From: Bacillales bacterium UBA6449
GTDB lineage: Bacteria; Bacillota_I; Bacilli_A; RFN20; CAG-288
DNA length: 64,000 nt
Direction: 5' to 3'
Assembly (NCBI GenBank): GCA_002437105.1
Contig: DJOB01000002.1
Location: forward strand, 8,049-72,048
The position numbers were made by a program, and so were the translations under genes. A model generated the notes under the pieces. It was not told the origin of the DNA. It saw only the letters and a program-made list of their open reading frames with translations, and searched no databases. This document shows, piece by piece, positions 53,137 through 61,449 of the stretch. The number at the start of each line of letters is the position of its first letter. The stretch's first letter is position 1.

Positions 53137-53907
53137 CTACTTTTCTTGGAGGTATTTCTTATTCTTTTCCTTCAATTGTTCTTTTACGTATGCAGGATCG
53201 AGGAACTGGTAGGTGATGGTATCGCACTCGGGTAGGATCCTGTCGAAGACATCCTTATTCTCGATTGTCCACGCATTGACGAAGTGATTTCGGTAGTAGG
53301 ACTTCACCCGTGGATTATCTAGCAGGGTATTCTCGATATCGATTGCTTCGAAGAAATACCGCAACTTAAAGACCCAGAAATGTCCCTGACATACGAGGAG
53401 CTGTCTTAGAATGCCAAGCTTTTTTAAGGGGAACAGGGCTCGTGGATCGAAGGAGATGATATTGTAGTTTTCCTTGTTCTTTACTCCCTTCATGGCTTGG
53501 AGGAATCGCTTGGTTAAAGGCCGGTAGTTCTTCCTATAGACCTTGAGTTCGATGACCATCGGAAAGTCATCGTGTCCCAGGGCGAGTACCTCTTCAAAGG
53601 AAGGAATCTTCGCTCCGTTCAGCAGGGTGTAGTTCTCCTTAAGCTCCTTCAGGGTTAGATCTTCTACTATTCCGTCCTTGCCGGTGAGTCGCTTGAGGTC
53701 CGAGTCGTGGATGACTGCCAGCTGGTTATCCTTGGTGAGATGGATATCGAATTCGAAGGCGACCTGGTGGGCAATCGCATTCTTGAAGGCCTCGATGGAA
53801 TTCTCAGTTATGCCCTTTTCGTTGTTATACAGCCCGCGGTGTGCGACACCGAGAGAGAATAGAGGATTGCATGATTGAATGTACTTCTCTTTATCGATCT
53901 TTGACAT
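53137..53907 (-). CDS. glpQ: Glycerophosphodiester phosphodiesterase
   Basis: VAHRGLYNNEKGITENSIEAFKNA...FEFDIHLTKDNQLAVIHD carries the GDPD catalytic H-R, E and D-H pattern. Confidence 0.85.
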   Translation of the reverse strand: MSKIDKEKYIQSCNPLFSLGVAHRGLYNNEKGITENSIEAFKNAIAHQVAFEFDIHLTKDNQLAVIHDSDLKRLTGKDGIVEDLTLKELKENYTLLNGAKIPSFEEVLALGHDDFPMVIELKVYRKNYRPLTKRFLQAMKGVKNKENYNIISFDPRALFPLKKLGILRQLLVCQGHFWVFKLRYFFEAIDIENTLLDNPRVKSYYRNHFVNAWTIENKDVFDRILPECDTITYQFLDPAYVKEQLKEKNKKYLQEK

Positions 53908-53939
53908 TTTTAAAATCTCCTTACCAGGATGTTTTACTC

Positions 53940-55328
53940 TTATTTACCTTCGACAATCTTAGAACTTTTTCTGTGGACGTTTTTCACGAACATGAAGACG
54001 ATCAGCGACAGGCAGAGGCAGGCGAGCGCATAGATAGGAAGGAAGGAGAAACCGAAGCCGGGTATTAGTATAAGAAGTCCGACGAGGATCGGTGTGATAG
54101 TTTGGGCAGCCATGCTGGAGGCGTAGTAGTATCCCGTGAATTTGCCTATCTTCTTAGAGGAGCAGAGCTCTACCACCATCGGGAAGGAGTTCACGTGGAC
54201 CAAGCTCATGCCGAGTCCCTTGAAGAACCACACTATATATAGGTAGATGGGGAAGGGGTTGACCGCGCTTCCAGTGACCTGTTTCACGGGGATCGTGTAC
54301 GAGCAGATGACCCAGACCAGAGAAGCGGCCAAGGCCAAGCTGAGTCCCGACACTATGGTGTATTTTTTTCCTATCTTGCCAGCGATAATACCGCCGATGG
54401 CGAAACCTAAAACCGAACCGACACCACCGACGATGGTGTTTATCATTGCACCCTGGGTACCAGAGTGAAGGTGGTAGTTGGAGTAATTGACCATGAAGGT
54501 GGATACGCCGCTATCAGCCATAAACCAGAGGAATTCAGCCCCCAGGATCAGGAGAAGCATGATCCTATTGGCCTTGGTGAGGGGTTTGTCATCGTTGGCT
54601 CGGTCGGCCGATTCGCTCATCTCCTCACCGAGTTTCATCTGCGGCTCCATCTCCTTCTCGATCTTGTTCTCGTTGATGGAGAAGACCAGTACTAGAGCTG
54701 ATATGACCATCAGGGCTGAGGCGATAAGGAAGGGAGCTTCGATGATCCAGATGTTTGAAGTGTGGTCGGCCCAGCTCTTTCCATCCGATGATTTCAGATA
54801 TTTGGAGAGGACGAAGATTATTCCTACGGCAGTCGCGAAGGCTCCGCCGATGTATCCCATGATGTTGATGATTCCGTTGGCTTTGGACCTGAGCGGCTTA
54901 GGCGTGATATCGGGCATCAAGGCGACCGCAGGATTCCTGTACATCATGGCGAAGATGATAACGATGAACATGAATATGAGGGTTCCGGCAAGGCTGTGGA
55001 GGTGGAAGAAGACGGGGATGAAGGGGAAGGCGATAGCGCAGACCAGGGTGCCCACTATGATGTACGGCATTCTCTTTCCAATCTTTGTATGCGTCTTATC
55101 CGAGAGGTGACCGAAGATCGGAAGAAGGATCAGAGCGGCGAGATTATCTAGCGCCATCATGACACCGACGAGATACTGCACTTGGGTAGCATCGTTTGCT
55201 CCGAGCGCTTCCTTGAAGAGCTCAGTGAGGAAGGTGGGGGTCCAAGAATCGTAGACCTGCCAGAGGAGCAGGATACTGAAGAAGGCAAAACCGATGATGA
55301 TCGTTCGCTTGTAATTGAGTTTTAACAT
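53940..55328 (-). CDS. MFS/GPH-type transporter
   Basis: About 12 TMs. GHLSDKTHTKIGKRMPYIIVG resembles the GPH/MFS loop 2-3 motif. It lies between the HAD and GDPD genes. Confidence 0.8.
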   Translation of the reverse strand: MLKLNYKRTIIIGFAFFSILLLWQVYDSWTPTFLTELFKEALGANDATQVQYLVGVMMALDNLAALILLPIFGHLSDKTHTKIGKRMPYIIVGTLVCAIAFPFIPVFFHLHSLAGTLIFMFIVIIFAMMYRNPAVALMPDITPKPLRSKANGIINIMGYIGGAFATAVGIIFVLSKYLKSSDGKSWADHTSNIWIIEAPFLIASALMVISALVLVFSINENKIEKEMEPQMKLGEEMSESADRANDDKPLTKANRIMLLLILGAEFLWFMADSGVSTFMVNYSNYHLHSGTQGAMINTIVGGVGSVLGFAIGGIIAGKIGKKYTIVSGLSLALAASLVWVICSYTIPVKQVTGSAVNPFPIYLYIVWFFKGLGMSLVHVNSFPMVVELCSSKKIGKFTGYYYASSMAAQTITPILVGLLILIPGFGFSFLPIYALACLCLSLIVFMFVKNVHRKSSKIVEGK

Positions 55329-55330
55329 AG

Positions 55331-55969
55331 CTATTCCTCTTTAAACAATTTTTCGATATACGAAGGAAGTTCTTTTAAATTGTTCAATTCAGTCACCTTT
55401 CTGTCTATCTTTCCGAAACCGTAATTAGCGTGGATGAATTTCACTCTGGCTTTTAGTGCGGCATCAAAATCCTTCTGGGTATCTCCAACATAGATGACCT
55501 CATCGACACCAGCTTTTTCCATCATGACCCTGATGTTGGTACCTTTATCTTTTCCGGTATCGCCAGCGCAGAGATGACCTTTGAAAAGATGCTGGAGCTT
55601 ATACGCTTCCAGATAATCTTCGATATAGCCTTTATCCGCATTCGACACTATGTAGAGCGGGTATTCGGTGACTAATCGGTTCAAAACATCTATTTCATCT
55701 GGATACAGCTTTCCAGGATGGCTTTTGAGGTAGACCAGTTGATCCTTGAGGCAGAGCAGGAAGAGTTTTCTAGCCTCTTCCTGCTTCAGACCGGGGAACG
55801 CGATGGGAAGGGTCTCATCTGGGGTTAATCCCATCATTGAAGTGATAGTCTTGAGGCTGAATCTATACTTGAATTCGTGCTTCTCCATCGTATTGTTCCA
55901 GGAATCTTTAATCGGTTCCAACGCATCCCATAAAGTCCCGTCTAGATCGAAGAAAATAGCTCGTTTCAT
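55331..55969 (-). CDS. HAD-superfamily phosphatase
   Basis: AIFFDLDGTLWD (motif I), SNAD (motif II region) and VGDTQKD (motif IV). Confidence 0.8.
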   Translation of the reverse strand: MKRAIFFDLDGTLWDALEPIKDSWNNTMEKHEFKYRFSLKTITSMMGLTPDETLPIAFPGLKQEEARKLFLLCLKDQLVYLKSHPGKLYPDEIDVLNRLVTEYPLYIVSNADKGYIEDYLEAYKLQHLFKGHLCAGDTGKDKGTNIRVMMEKAGVDEVIYVGDTQKDFDAALKARVKFIHANYGFGKIDRKVTELNNLKELPSYIEKLFKEE

Positions 55970-56270
55970 ACTTGATCCTCTTAGAGATTAAAAAGCACTA
56001 AAATTTTAAAACATCTAGTTTCTTGGGAATTTTAAGAAACTGAAAAACTATCTCTCTAAGATATGCATTGTTTTTGATCTATCAGCAAACTTTTATTTTG
56101 AGTTGGCAGTGTATTGACTTTACACAGTATTAAAGTCGATCTGGTAATTCAGTTATATATAGGATTGTGTTAAGAGAATTTTTAAAGATATTGATACCGG
56201 CGTTAATTTAGAGATCACTAAATTAGTTACACTTTAAAAGAAAGAGTTGTTGTAATTTTTGTCAATAATT

Positions 56271-56780
56271 TTAGACGTTGGCTTCTGTATTTTTTATTCT
56301 TGGAACATAGATGAAGGTAATGGTGAGTATATAGAGGGTGAGATAGATTAAAAGAAGTGCACTGGCTATACAGGTCAGGGTTATGCTTTGAGTCATATTG
56401 CTAGAATCAGCCCCTATGTCCATAGCGAAGGCTTTTATGAAATACGCGGCGGTTCCAATACTCAAAAGGCTGGTCAAAGACATGTTGGCAATCATGAGAC
56501 TGCTCAAGGTCTTGCCGGAGGGCTTTTTCCTAAAACCGCAGATCAAGTTGATGACATCGAGTATGATTATTAATGCCAGCAAGATGTCTATTAAGTAACC
56601 GACACTAATAAATTTTTCCATCGCATCGCTTCCGGCTTCAGATCCTCCGATGCTGCTTATCGATCCGACAAAAATACCACCGATGGTAAAGAAGAGGAAG
56701 ATAAGAATTATTATGGCTAGGATGCCAACAATTCCTATGATGTGTCCGATCAGTAGTGGGGTGCGAGCCTTTTTATTCAT
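56271..56780 (-). CDS. Hypothetical polytopic membrane protein
   Basis: MNKKARTPLLIGHIIGIVGILAIIILIF... with 4-5 TMs. AGGAGG lies 8 nt before ATG 56780. The track start at 56909 adds an implausible leader. Confidence 0.6.
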   Translation of the reverse strand: MNKKARTPLLIGHIIGIVGILAIIILIFLFFTIGGIFVGSISSIGGSEAGSDAMEKFISVGYLIDILLALIIILDVINLICGFRKKPSGKTLSSLMIANMSLTSLLSIGTAAYFIKAFAMDIGADSSNMTQSITLTCIASALLLIYLTLYILTITFIYVPRIKNTEANV

Positions 56781-57071
56781 TATAATTTCCTCCTTATAAA
56801 TTAATTTATCATAGATTTTTGCGTATTTGCATTTAGTACAAATATAAAGATGGATAAAGAGATTAATTAAATATTGGCAAAACATATATCTATGAAATAA
56901 ATGTAACAATCTGTATGGGTGAAAATTTAAAGAAGGAAGCTAATCTGTTTTTTATGAGTTGGGAATAAATTTAACTAAAAGATTTATAGTTTGCAAAACT
57001 ATATAAATCATATTAGGAGGAAAAGGATTTCCTCAGTAGACGGGACGGAAGCCTAGATGCAAAGGACTACC

Positions 57072-57093
57072 AAGAAAGAAAGAAAGAAAGAAG
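57072..57093. repeat. (AAAG)n microsatellite at the 5' edge of the transposase remnant
   Basis: AAG AAAG AAAG AAAG AAAG AAGG read directly. Confidence 0.85.
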
Positions 57094-57108
57094 GCTTTCG
57101 TCACCATA

Positions 57109-57393
57109 GTGCTCGAGTCAAACAGGAATTTTGATCTCAAGACCGCCTATGACTGCTATGCGTTTAGGTGGCAGATAGAACTCATATTTTGTTACTACAA
57201 GAACTTGCAGCGCCTGGACCAGACAATGGAGCATGGCAATGCGTTTGCCGCGGGGAGAGTTCGAAATTTCATATCCATGCTCGTTATGTCAAGGTTCCTT
57301 AAGAGACTTTCCGAGACAGGCGTTATGTATGTGGAGTCGTACAGCGATATCATGGACAAACTTAATCTCTCAATGAAGGGAAAGAAAAAATAA
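57109..57393 (+). pseudogene. C-terminal remnant of a DDE transposase (IS4/IS1634-like)
   Basis: YAFRWQIELIFCYYKNL matches the Y-x2-R-W-x-I-E-x2-F-x3-K block at the C-terminus of IS4-type transposases. Only 94 codons remain, with no catalytic N-terminal part and no inverted repeats seen. Confidence 0.6.
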
Positions 57394-57548
57394 GTGGGAG
57401 ACAGCAAAGACGACAAAGCACGTATCCGATATCCTCGATGCCATTCAAATGGAATGCAAGCATGTGGTAGTCAAAAGAAAAAAGGATGCCCTCCAAGGGC
57501 TTCCTTAGCAATGCATAGCTCTATTTATGACAAAACTTTTAATTAACT

Positions 57549-58585
57549 TTATTTATATTTCTTGCCTAATTCTTTTTCGATTTCGTTAATAGAAGGAAGT
57601 TTATCCTTAATATCTTTGGGTATCATGTTTCTAAAATGATATTCAGAGATCTCAATAGTAGTAGTGACAGCGTCAGCAGAATATTTAGTTAGCATATTGT
57701 CTTTGCTCTTGTAGATAAGGAGATCAATAGTTTTATTATCACTATCTTTCTTTAGCATTCCGTTTACAGCTGAAACATAGCTTGAAAGTTGTACCATATC
57801 TTCTGGTATGAATTCTCTAGTCTTTATTTCTATAACCCTAGATCTATGAAGAGAGAAATTATGGAAAATAATATCAATAAATTGTTCTGTTTTACCAACG
57901 AGAAGATGATATTCTCTTCTGGCGAATGAAAAAACCGTTTCGAGTTCGAGAAGGAATTTTTGGAGGTTATCCATTAAGGCGTCTTTCAGTTGCTTTTCGC
58001 TGGAAGTCTCGGAAAGCAATAGGAAGTCGAATTGGTAGGGATCCTTGGTGACTTCCTGGGCTAGGTCGTTTTCGGGCTTGGGCAAGGTCAATGAGAAATT
58101 GGATATCGCTTTGCCCTCCTCTTTGTAGAGGTCGGTATCGAGGAAATTCAAAAGGATCGCCCTCGACTAGCTCTTGGCGATGGTCTTTCTCATGAAGAAG
58201 ACCATCTTTTCGCGATTCTCTTCGCAGGCGTCTATTATGGTTTTCAGATGCCCTAGGGGAGGCTGAAAGCGATTTTTGCCACAGCTTGTGGCAGGTTTTC
58301 CAAATCTTTCTCGAAGCGGTAGAACTACCACATGTAGCGGATGTTCGTCGGACTGAAAGACTGCGCACTGGGAATTTTCTCCTTCAGGTCGTTGCTTATC
58401 TTCTCGTAGGCGTGGGTCCTGAACCTCATCTTTGGGAGAAGCCCATCGAGTTTCTTATCGATCCTGAAGTAGAATCACAGTATCCCGGAATTCACGCTTA
58501 TGGCTGCCTGCAACTGGCTCTTCCTGAAGTCCTTCGGCACCCCGTTGATGAAATCGAGGCATTCTTTTTCTGTTAGCTCGTTTAT
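57549..58585 (-). pseudogene. Decayed YhcG-like (DUF1016) PD-(D/E)XK nuclease gene
   Basis: The C-terminal 200 codons are intact (KDPYQFDFLLL...FLLELETVFSFARREYHL...IDIIFHNFSLHRSRVIEIK). The N-terminal half is recognisable (AISVNSGIL*FYFRID; SFSPTNIRYMW*FYRF) but broken by several in-frame stops and has no start. Confidence 0.7.
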
Positions 58586-58626
58586 ATTAGTTACCTATTA
58601 TCATTGCTTTTAGGAATTATTCCACG

Positions 58627-58986
58627 CTACTTGTTGCTGATCTTCTCAGATACTATCTTATCAACTATGTTCTTCAATCTCTCGTATCCAACGGTCCCTT
58701 CCTTGAATATGCTGTCGGCGAGGCTCCTTATCTCGGATTCCTTGTCGGAGTTGACGCCACTATAGAGCCTGCCTTCCATGTTGGAGCATCTTCCGAAGAG
58801 CCAATCTAGAGAAAAACTGAAATAATCCGCGTATTTGATGAGTATCTTCTTTGGAGGGAAGTTGATGTCCGACTCGTACTTGAACACGGAGTTCTGGGTG
58901 CATCCTAGCATCTTGCCTAACTTTGCCTGAGATATACCTGCATTCTCTCTGAGTTCTTTTAGTTTTTGACCAATCGTCTTTTCCAT
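58627..58986 (-). CDS. XRE/Cro-C1-type HTH transcriptional regulator
   Basis: IGQKLKELRENAGISQAKLGKMLGCTQNSVFKYESD is a classic HTH_3 sequence. Confidence 0.85.
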   Translation of the reverse strand: MEKTIGQKLKELRENAGISQAKLGKMLGCTQNSVFKYESDINFPPKKILIKYADYFSFSLDWLFGRCSNMEGRLYSGVNSDKESEIRSLADSIFKEGTVGYERLKNIVDKIVSEKISNK

Positions 58987-59260
58987 ATATGCGTCCCTTC
59001 TGCCATTAACTAGGTATAGTATATATTCTTAATAGGATATAAAGCAATATCTTTTAAGATATATTTTGATATAACAAGGTAAAAATAGAGGGACTATAGA
59101 ATTAGACGTCAGGAGATACGAGACGTTCAGATTTGGTCTGGATTCCTACTTCATAGGATATGGTGTCCTGCTGCTTATACCTGAGATCATAGAACTTTCG
59201 ATTAACATAATTAGTGATGGTTCGGTATTTGCAAGGATTCCTTTTTGGCTTTTAACCTGC

Positions 59261-59605
59261 ATGGTTGTGGCGATGTTCGTATCCCTCATTATTCGGACAG
59301 CTTTCGTGAATCGTAAAAACGGCGGAAGGAAGTTCAAGGCAACTCCGGTTCTCGCCGTTGCTTTCATAGTGGGGATTGTATATGCGATTGTTGGGTCTAT
59401 TGCTTTTGTCATGTTAGAGATTACTCTTTTACTACTAATTACCTTGATAGTCGGATTTACTGGACTAGTTGTTCTTAGCATTCAGAGAAAAAACTGGGTA
59501 AGTTTTTTTCTAACTAGTATCGCAGTGGTTTGGGGCGTGATCAGTGTCTCTCAATTTAAGGAAACAAAGAATAAGTGTCTAATTACATTGAGTCCTATGA
59601 ATTGA
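59261..59605 (+). CDS. Hypothetical three-TM membrane protein, possibly N-terminally truncated
   Basis: Hydrophobic 114-aa ORF divergent from the XRE gene. The frame stays open ~62 codons upstream (from 59075) with no ATG/GTG/TTG, and no SD precedes ATG 59261. Confidence 0.35.
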   Translation: MVVAMFVSLIIRTAFVNRKNGGRKFKATPVLAVAFIVGIVYAIVGSIAFVMLEITLLLLITLIVGFTGLVVLSIQRKNWVSFFLTSIAVVWGVISVSQFKETKNKCLITLSPMN

Positions 59606-59650
59606 GTGGTTTAAGTAGTAATAATCATTTTTATAATCCCAAAAATCCTT

Positions 59651-59842
59651 CTAATCATCTTTTAAATCATATAGTAAGGACCTAATTTCAGGTGTTTTTA
59701 ATTTTCTCAAAGCTTTTGCCTCGATTTGGCGAACTCTTTCTCTAGTAACTTTTAAATCATTTCCGATTTCCTCTAATGTTCTCTCAGCACGTCCAAATAA
59801 ACCGAATCTTTCGCAAATAACATTAAATTCACGTTCATTTTT
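59651..59842 (-). pseudogene. Orphan 3' fragment of a sigma-70 family gene (region 4 only)
   Basis: My translation gives [61 protein letters not shown], a clear region 4.1/4.2 HTH. There is no start codon, and a stop lies 2 codons upstream in frame. Confidence 0.75.
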
Positions 59843-60224
59843 CTAAATCATATTTTTTTAAGTTCTCAAAAATTTTGTTCATTCCGACTTTTTTCATTTG
59901 TTCCATTGACAAAGAAATTTTATGACCCGCGACAAAAAACTTTTGTGGGCCTATATTCCACATTTGCTCTCCGGCGAATTTCATAGGTTGCCCTAAAATG
60001 ATTTCAATCAAAAGTCTTTCTTTAGCGAACACAGGGCGAATATCCGAACCAATTCTTTCACATGAACCACCACAAGCTTCGCACTTGTCATAAAAAGAAG
60101 GAGCATCGCACTTCTTGCAATAAAAAATATCACTACTTGCAAGAGTTGTTCTTTTGTGGCAAACAGGGCAAATACTAGTTTCGCACGATAAATCATTGCA
60201 ATTAATGCATTTATAGGTAATCAT
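59835..60224 (-). CDS. Cys-rich double zinc-ribbon protein, possibly the N-terminal stub of a larger gene
   Basis: CINCN...CPVCH and CKKCD...CEACGGSC, then [19 protein letters not shown]. It ends abruptly 1 nt out of frame with the sigma fragment. Confidence 0.4.
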   Translation of the reverse strand: MITYKCINCNDLSCETSICPVCHKRTTLASSDIFYCKKCDAPSFYDKCEACGGSCERIGSDIRPVFAKERLLIEIILGQPMKFAGEQMWNIGPQKFFVAGHKISLSMEQMKKVGMNKIFENLKKYDLEK

Positions 60225-61067
60225 AGTTTGATTTTATTGGGTCAAAACTAGTTAATTTTCATTTTTTACCCAACGACGAGAATTATATTATGTTAGCTGT
60301 AAATTACACAGCTTACTCTTAGTCATAGAATCTCCCGATGAGGTCTTTTTTATTAACATACACTTAAGAACAAATGATTAGCACTTGAGTAAAGATGTCA
60401 AATAAGCCTGTGCAAGCGGTTTCAAGCTTAGAAAATCATTTGAAAATTGTCTTATCTCTAAACTTGAATGTCAAATGGTGTTTTGAATTTGTTTATCAAT
60501 ATTTATTTTAGCGTCTTTTGCCTAATGTGTCCAAGAGGACATATATTTTGTTCATAAAACCGATGAGTATTTTTAATGCTGTTTTTTACAACCGCGTATG
60601 GAGTTATGCTTCCATCTACATTTAGAATAGTTTTATTAAAATTTCTTTGAAATTCTTTTGCTGTGGTTTCTACCAAGCAAAGGAACTGCTGCAAGCAATA
60701 TAGAATTCTCAATGTTGTTGGTGGGTTACGTTTTAGCTCCCCCTTTTTAATGCAGGTCAAGGCTTCTTTCTCAATCTATATGATAAATATTTAGGAATTA
60801 GTATAAGTTTATCTAGGTTGCGCCTCTTTAGCCAGGTATCTATTGCAATTATTTTATTATTGAGGTTAATGCCATTAATAAATGAATGGTAAATATGGAG
60901 ATTTTTTCGACTCTACTATTAATGTAGATGCTTTCACAATTCATCTTGGAATTGGATTTCTTTTAGATATATTAAAGATATCAAGCATCATCAATACAAT
61001 TCATTTTTCAGATCTATGCTTTTGATTCCAACATTTTATTTGGGTTCAACATTTTAAAAGAGAGTAC

Positions 61068-61095
61068 AAAAAATCGGCACTCAATAAGTACCGAT
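61068..61095 (-). terminator. Terminator after tRNA-Glu
   Basis: Minus strand reads ATCGGTAC-TTATTGA-GTGCCGAT followed by TTTTTTG. Confidence 0.7.
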
Positions 61096-61110
61096 CAATT
61101 AAGTTCTAAT

Positions 61111-61186
61111 TGGTGACCCGTACCAGGTTCGAACTGGTGAATGAAGCCTTGAAAGGGCTTTGAGTTAACCGCTTCTCCAACGGGCC
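61111..61186 (-). tRNA. tRNA-Glu (anticodon UUC), CCA encoded
   Basis: GGCCCGT-TG-GAGAAGCGGTTAACTCA-AAGCC-CTTTCAA-GGCTT-CATTC-ACCAG-TTCGAAC-CTGGT-ACGGGTC-A-CCA. The acceptor stem and 3' end are very close to Bacillus tRNA-Glu as I remember it. Confidence 0.9.
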
Positions 61187-61247
61187 AGTCAAATGCTTTT
61201 GCAAGCTTGATAATTCTAATACAAAAATTCTTTATTTCAACAGAAAA

Positions 61248-61273
61248 CCCCGGGGTTACCGGGGCATTTTTTC
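61248..61273. terminator. GC hairpin between the two tRNA genes (terminator-like; the stronger T-run is on the + strand)
   Basis: CCCCGG-GGTTA-CCGGGG flanked by AAAA and CATTTTTTC. Confidence 0.45.
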
Positions 61274-61275
61274 TA

Positions 61276-61351
61276 TGGCGCTAACTGTAAGACTCGAACT
61301 TACGACCACCCGGTTAACGGCCGGGAGCTCTACCAACTGAGCTAAGTTAGC
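61276..61351 (-). tRNA. tRNA-Asn (anticodon GUU), CCA encoded
   Basis: GCTAACT-TA-GCTC-AGTTGGTA-GAGC-T-CCCGG-CCGTTAA-CCGGG-TGGTC-GTAAG-TTCGAGT-CTTAC-AGTTAGC-G-CCA. All four stems are perfect, and position 33 reads C. Confidence 0.85.
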
Positions 61352-61366
61352 TTGAAAGCGAATGGG

Positions 61367-61395
61367 ATTATAAACATATCTGTTCCTCGTTGCAA
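61367..61395 (-). promoter_or_regulatory. Near-consensus sigma-70 promoter for the tRNA-Asn/tRNA-Glu operon
   Basis: Minus strand reads TTGCAA, a 17-nt spacer, then TATAAT. The -10 ends ~15 nt before the tRNA-Asn 5' end. Confidence 0.8.
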
Positions 61396-61449
61396 GACCA
61401 AGATGAAATATTATCCGCTGGGTGGTTTATACTTCTAGGAGATTAGGAG

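Larger units (their letters stand above)
51466..61110. mobile_element. AT-rich, decayed genomic island abutting the 3' end of tRNA-Glu
   Basis: Composition drops abruptly (by eye) at ~51.5 kb and recovers at ~61.1-61.45 kb. The content is a WYL regulator, accessory glpQ operon, IS remnant, two pseudogenes or fragments and an XRE repressor. No integrase or att repeat was found. Confidence 0.5.

Noticed and set aside
57967-58368. 133-aa minus-strand ORF and 96-aa + strand ORF (58286..58576) over the YhcG region
   Set aside because: Both are out-of-frame or antisense readings of the decayed YhcG gene. The homologous frame is the one interrupted by stops.
58475-58477. In-frame TGA in the YhcG-like gene as a possible UGA=Trp (code 4) signal from a Mollicutes donor
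   Set aside because: Aligned to YhcG (..LVLLYWEIG..), the TGA falls on a Leu position, not a Trp position. The same gene also contains in-frame TAG and TAA stops, and host genes terminate normally at TGA. Simple pseudogenisation explains it.
59146-59481. 111-aa minus-strand ORF overlapping the 59261..59605 + strand ORF
   Set aside because: Its sequence has no hydrophobic or domain pattern, and it would collide with the XRE gene promoter region. The + strand frame encodes coherent TM helices and is the better, though still weak, candidate.
60503-60760. 85-aa minus-strand ORF (TTG start) in the AT-rich spacer
   Set aside because: It has no RBS, uses a TTG start and shows no recognisable family. 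The frame is open upstream without a start, so it is most likely another gene fragment or a chance ORF in the island debris. It is not reported as a feature.
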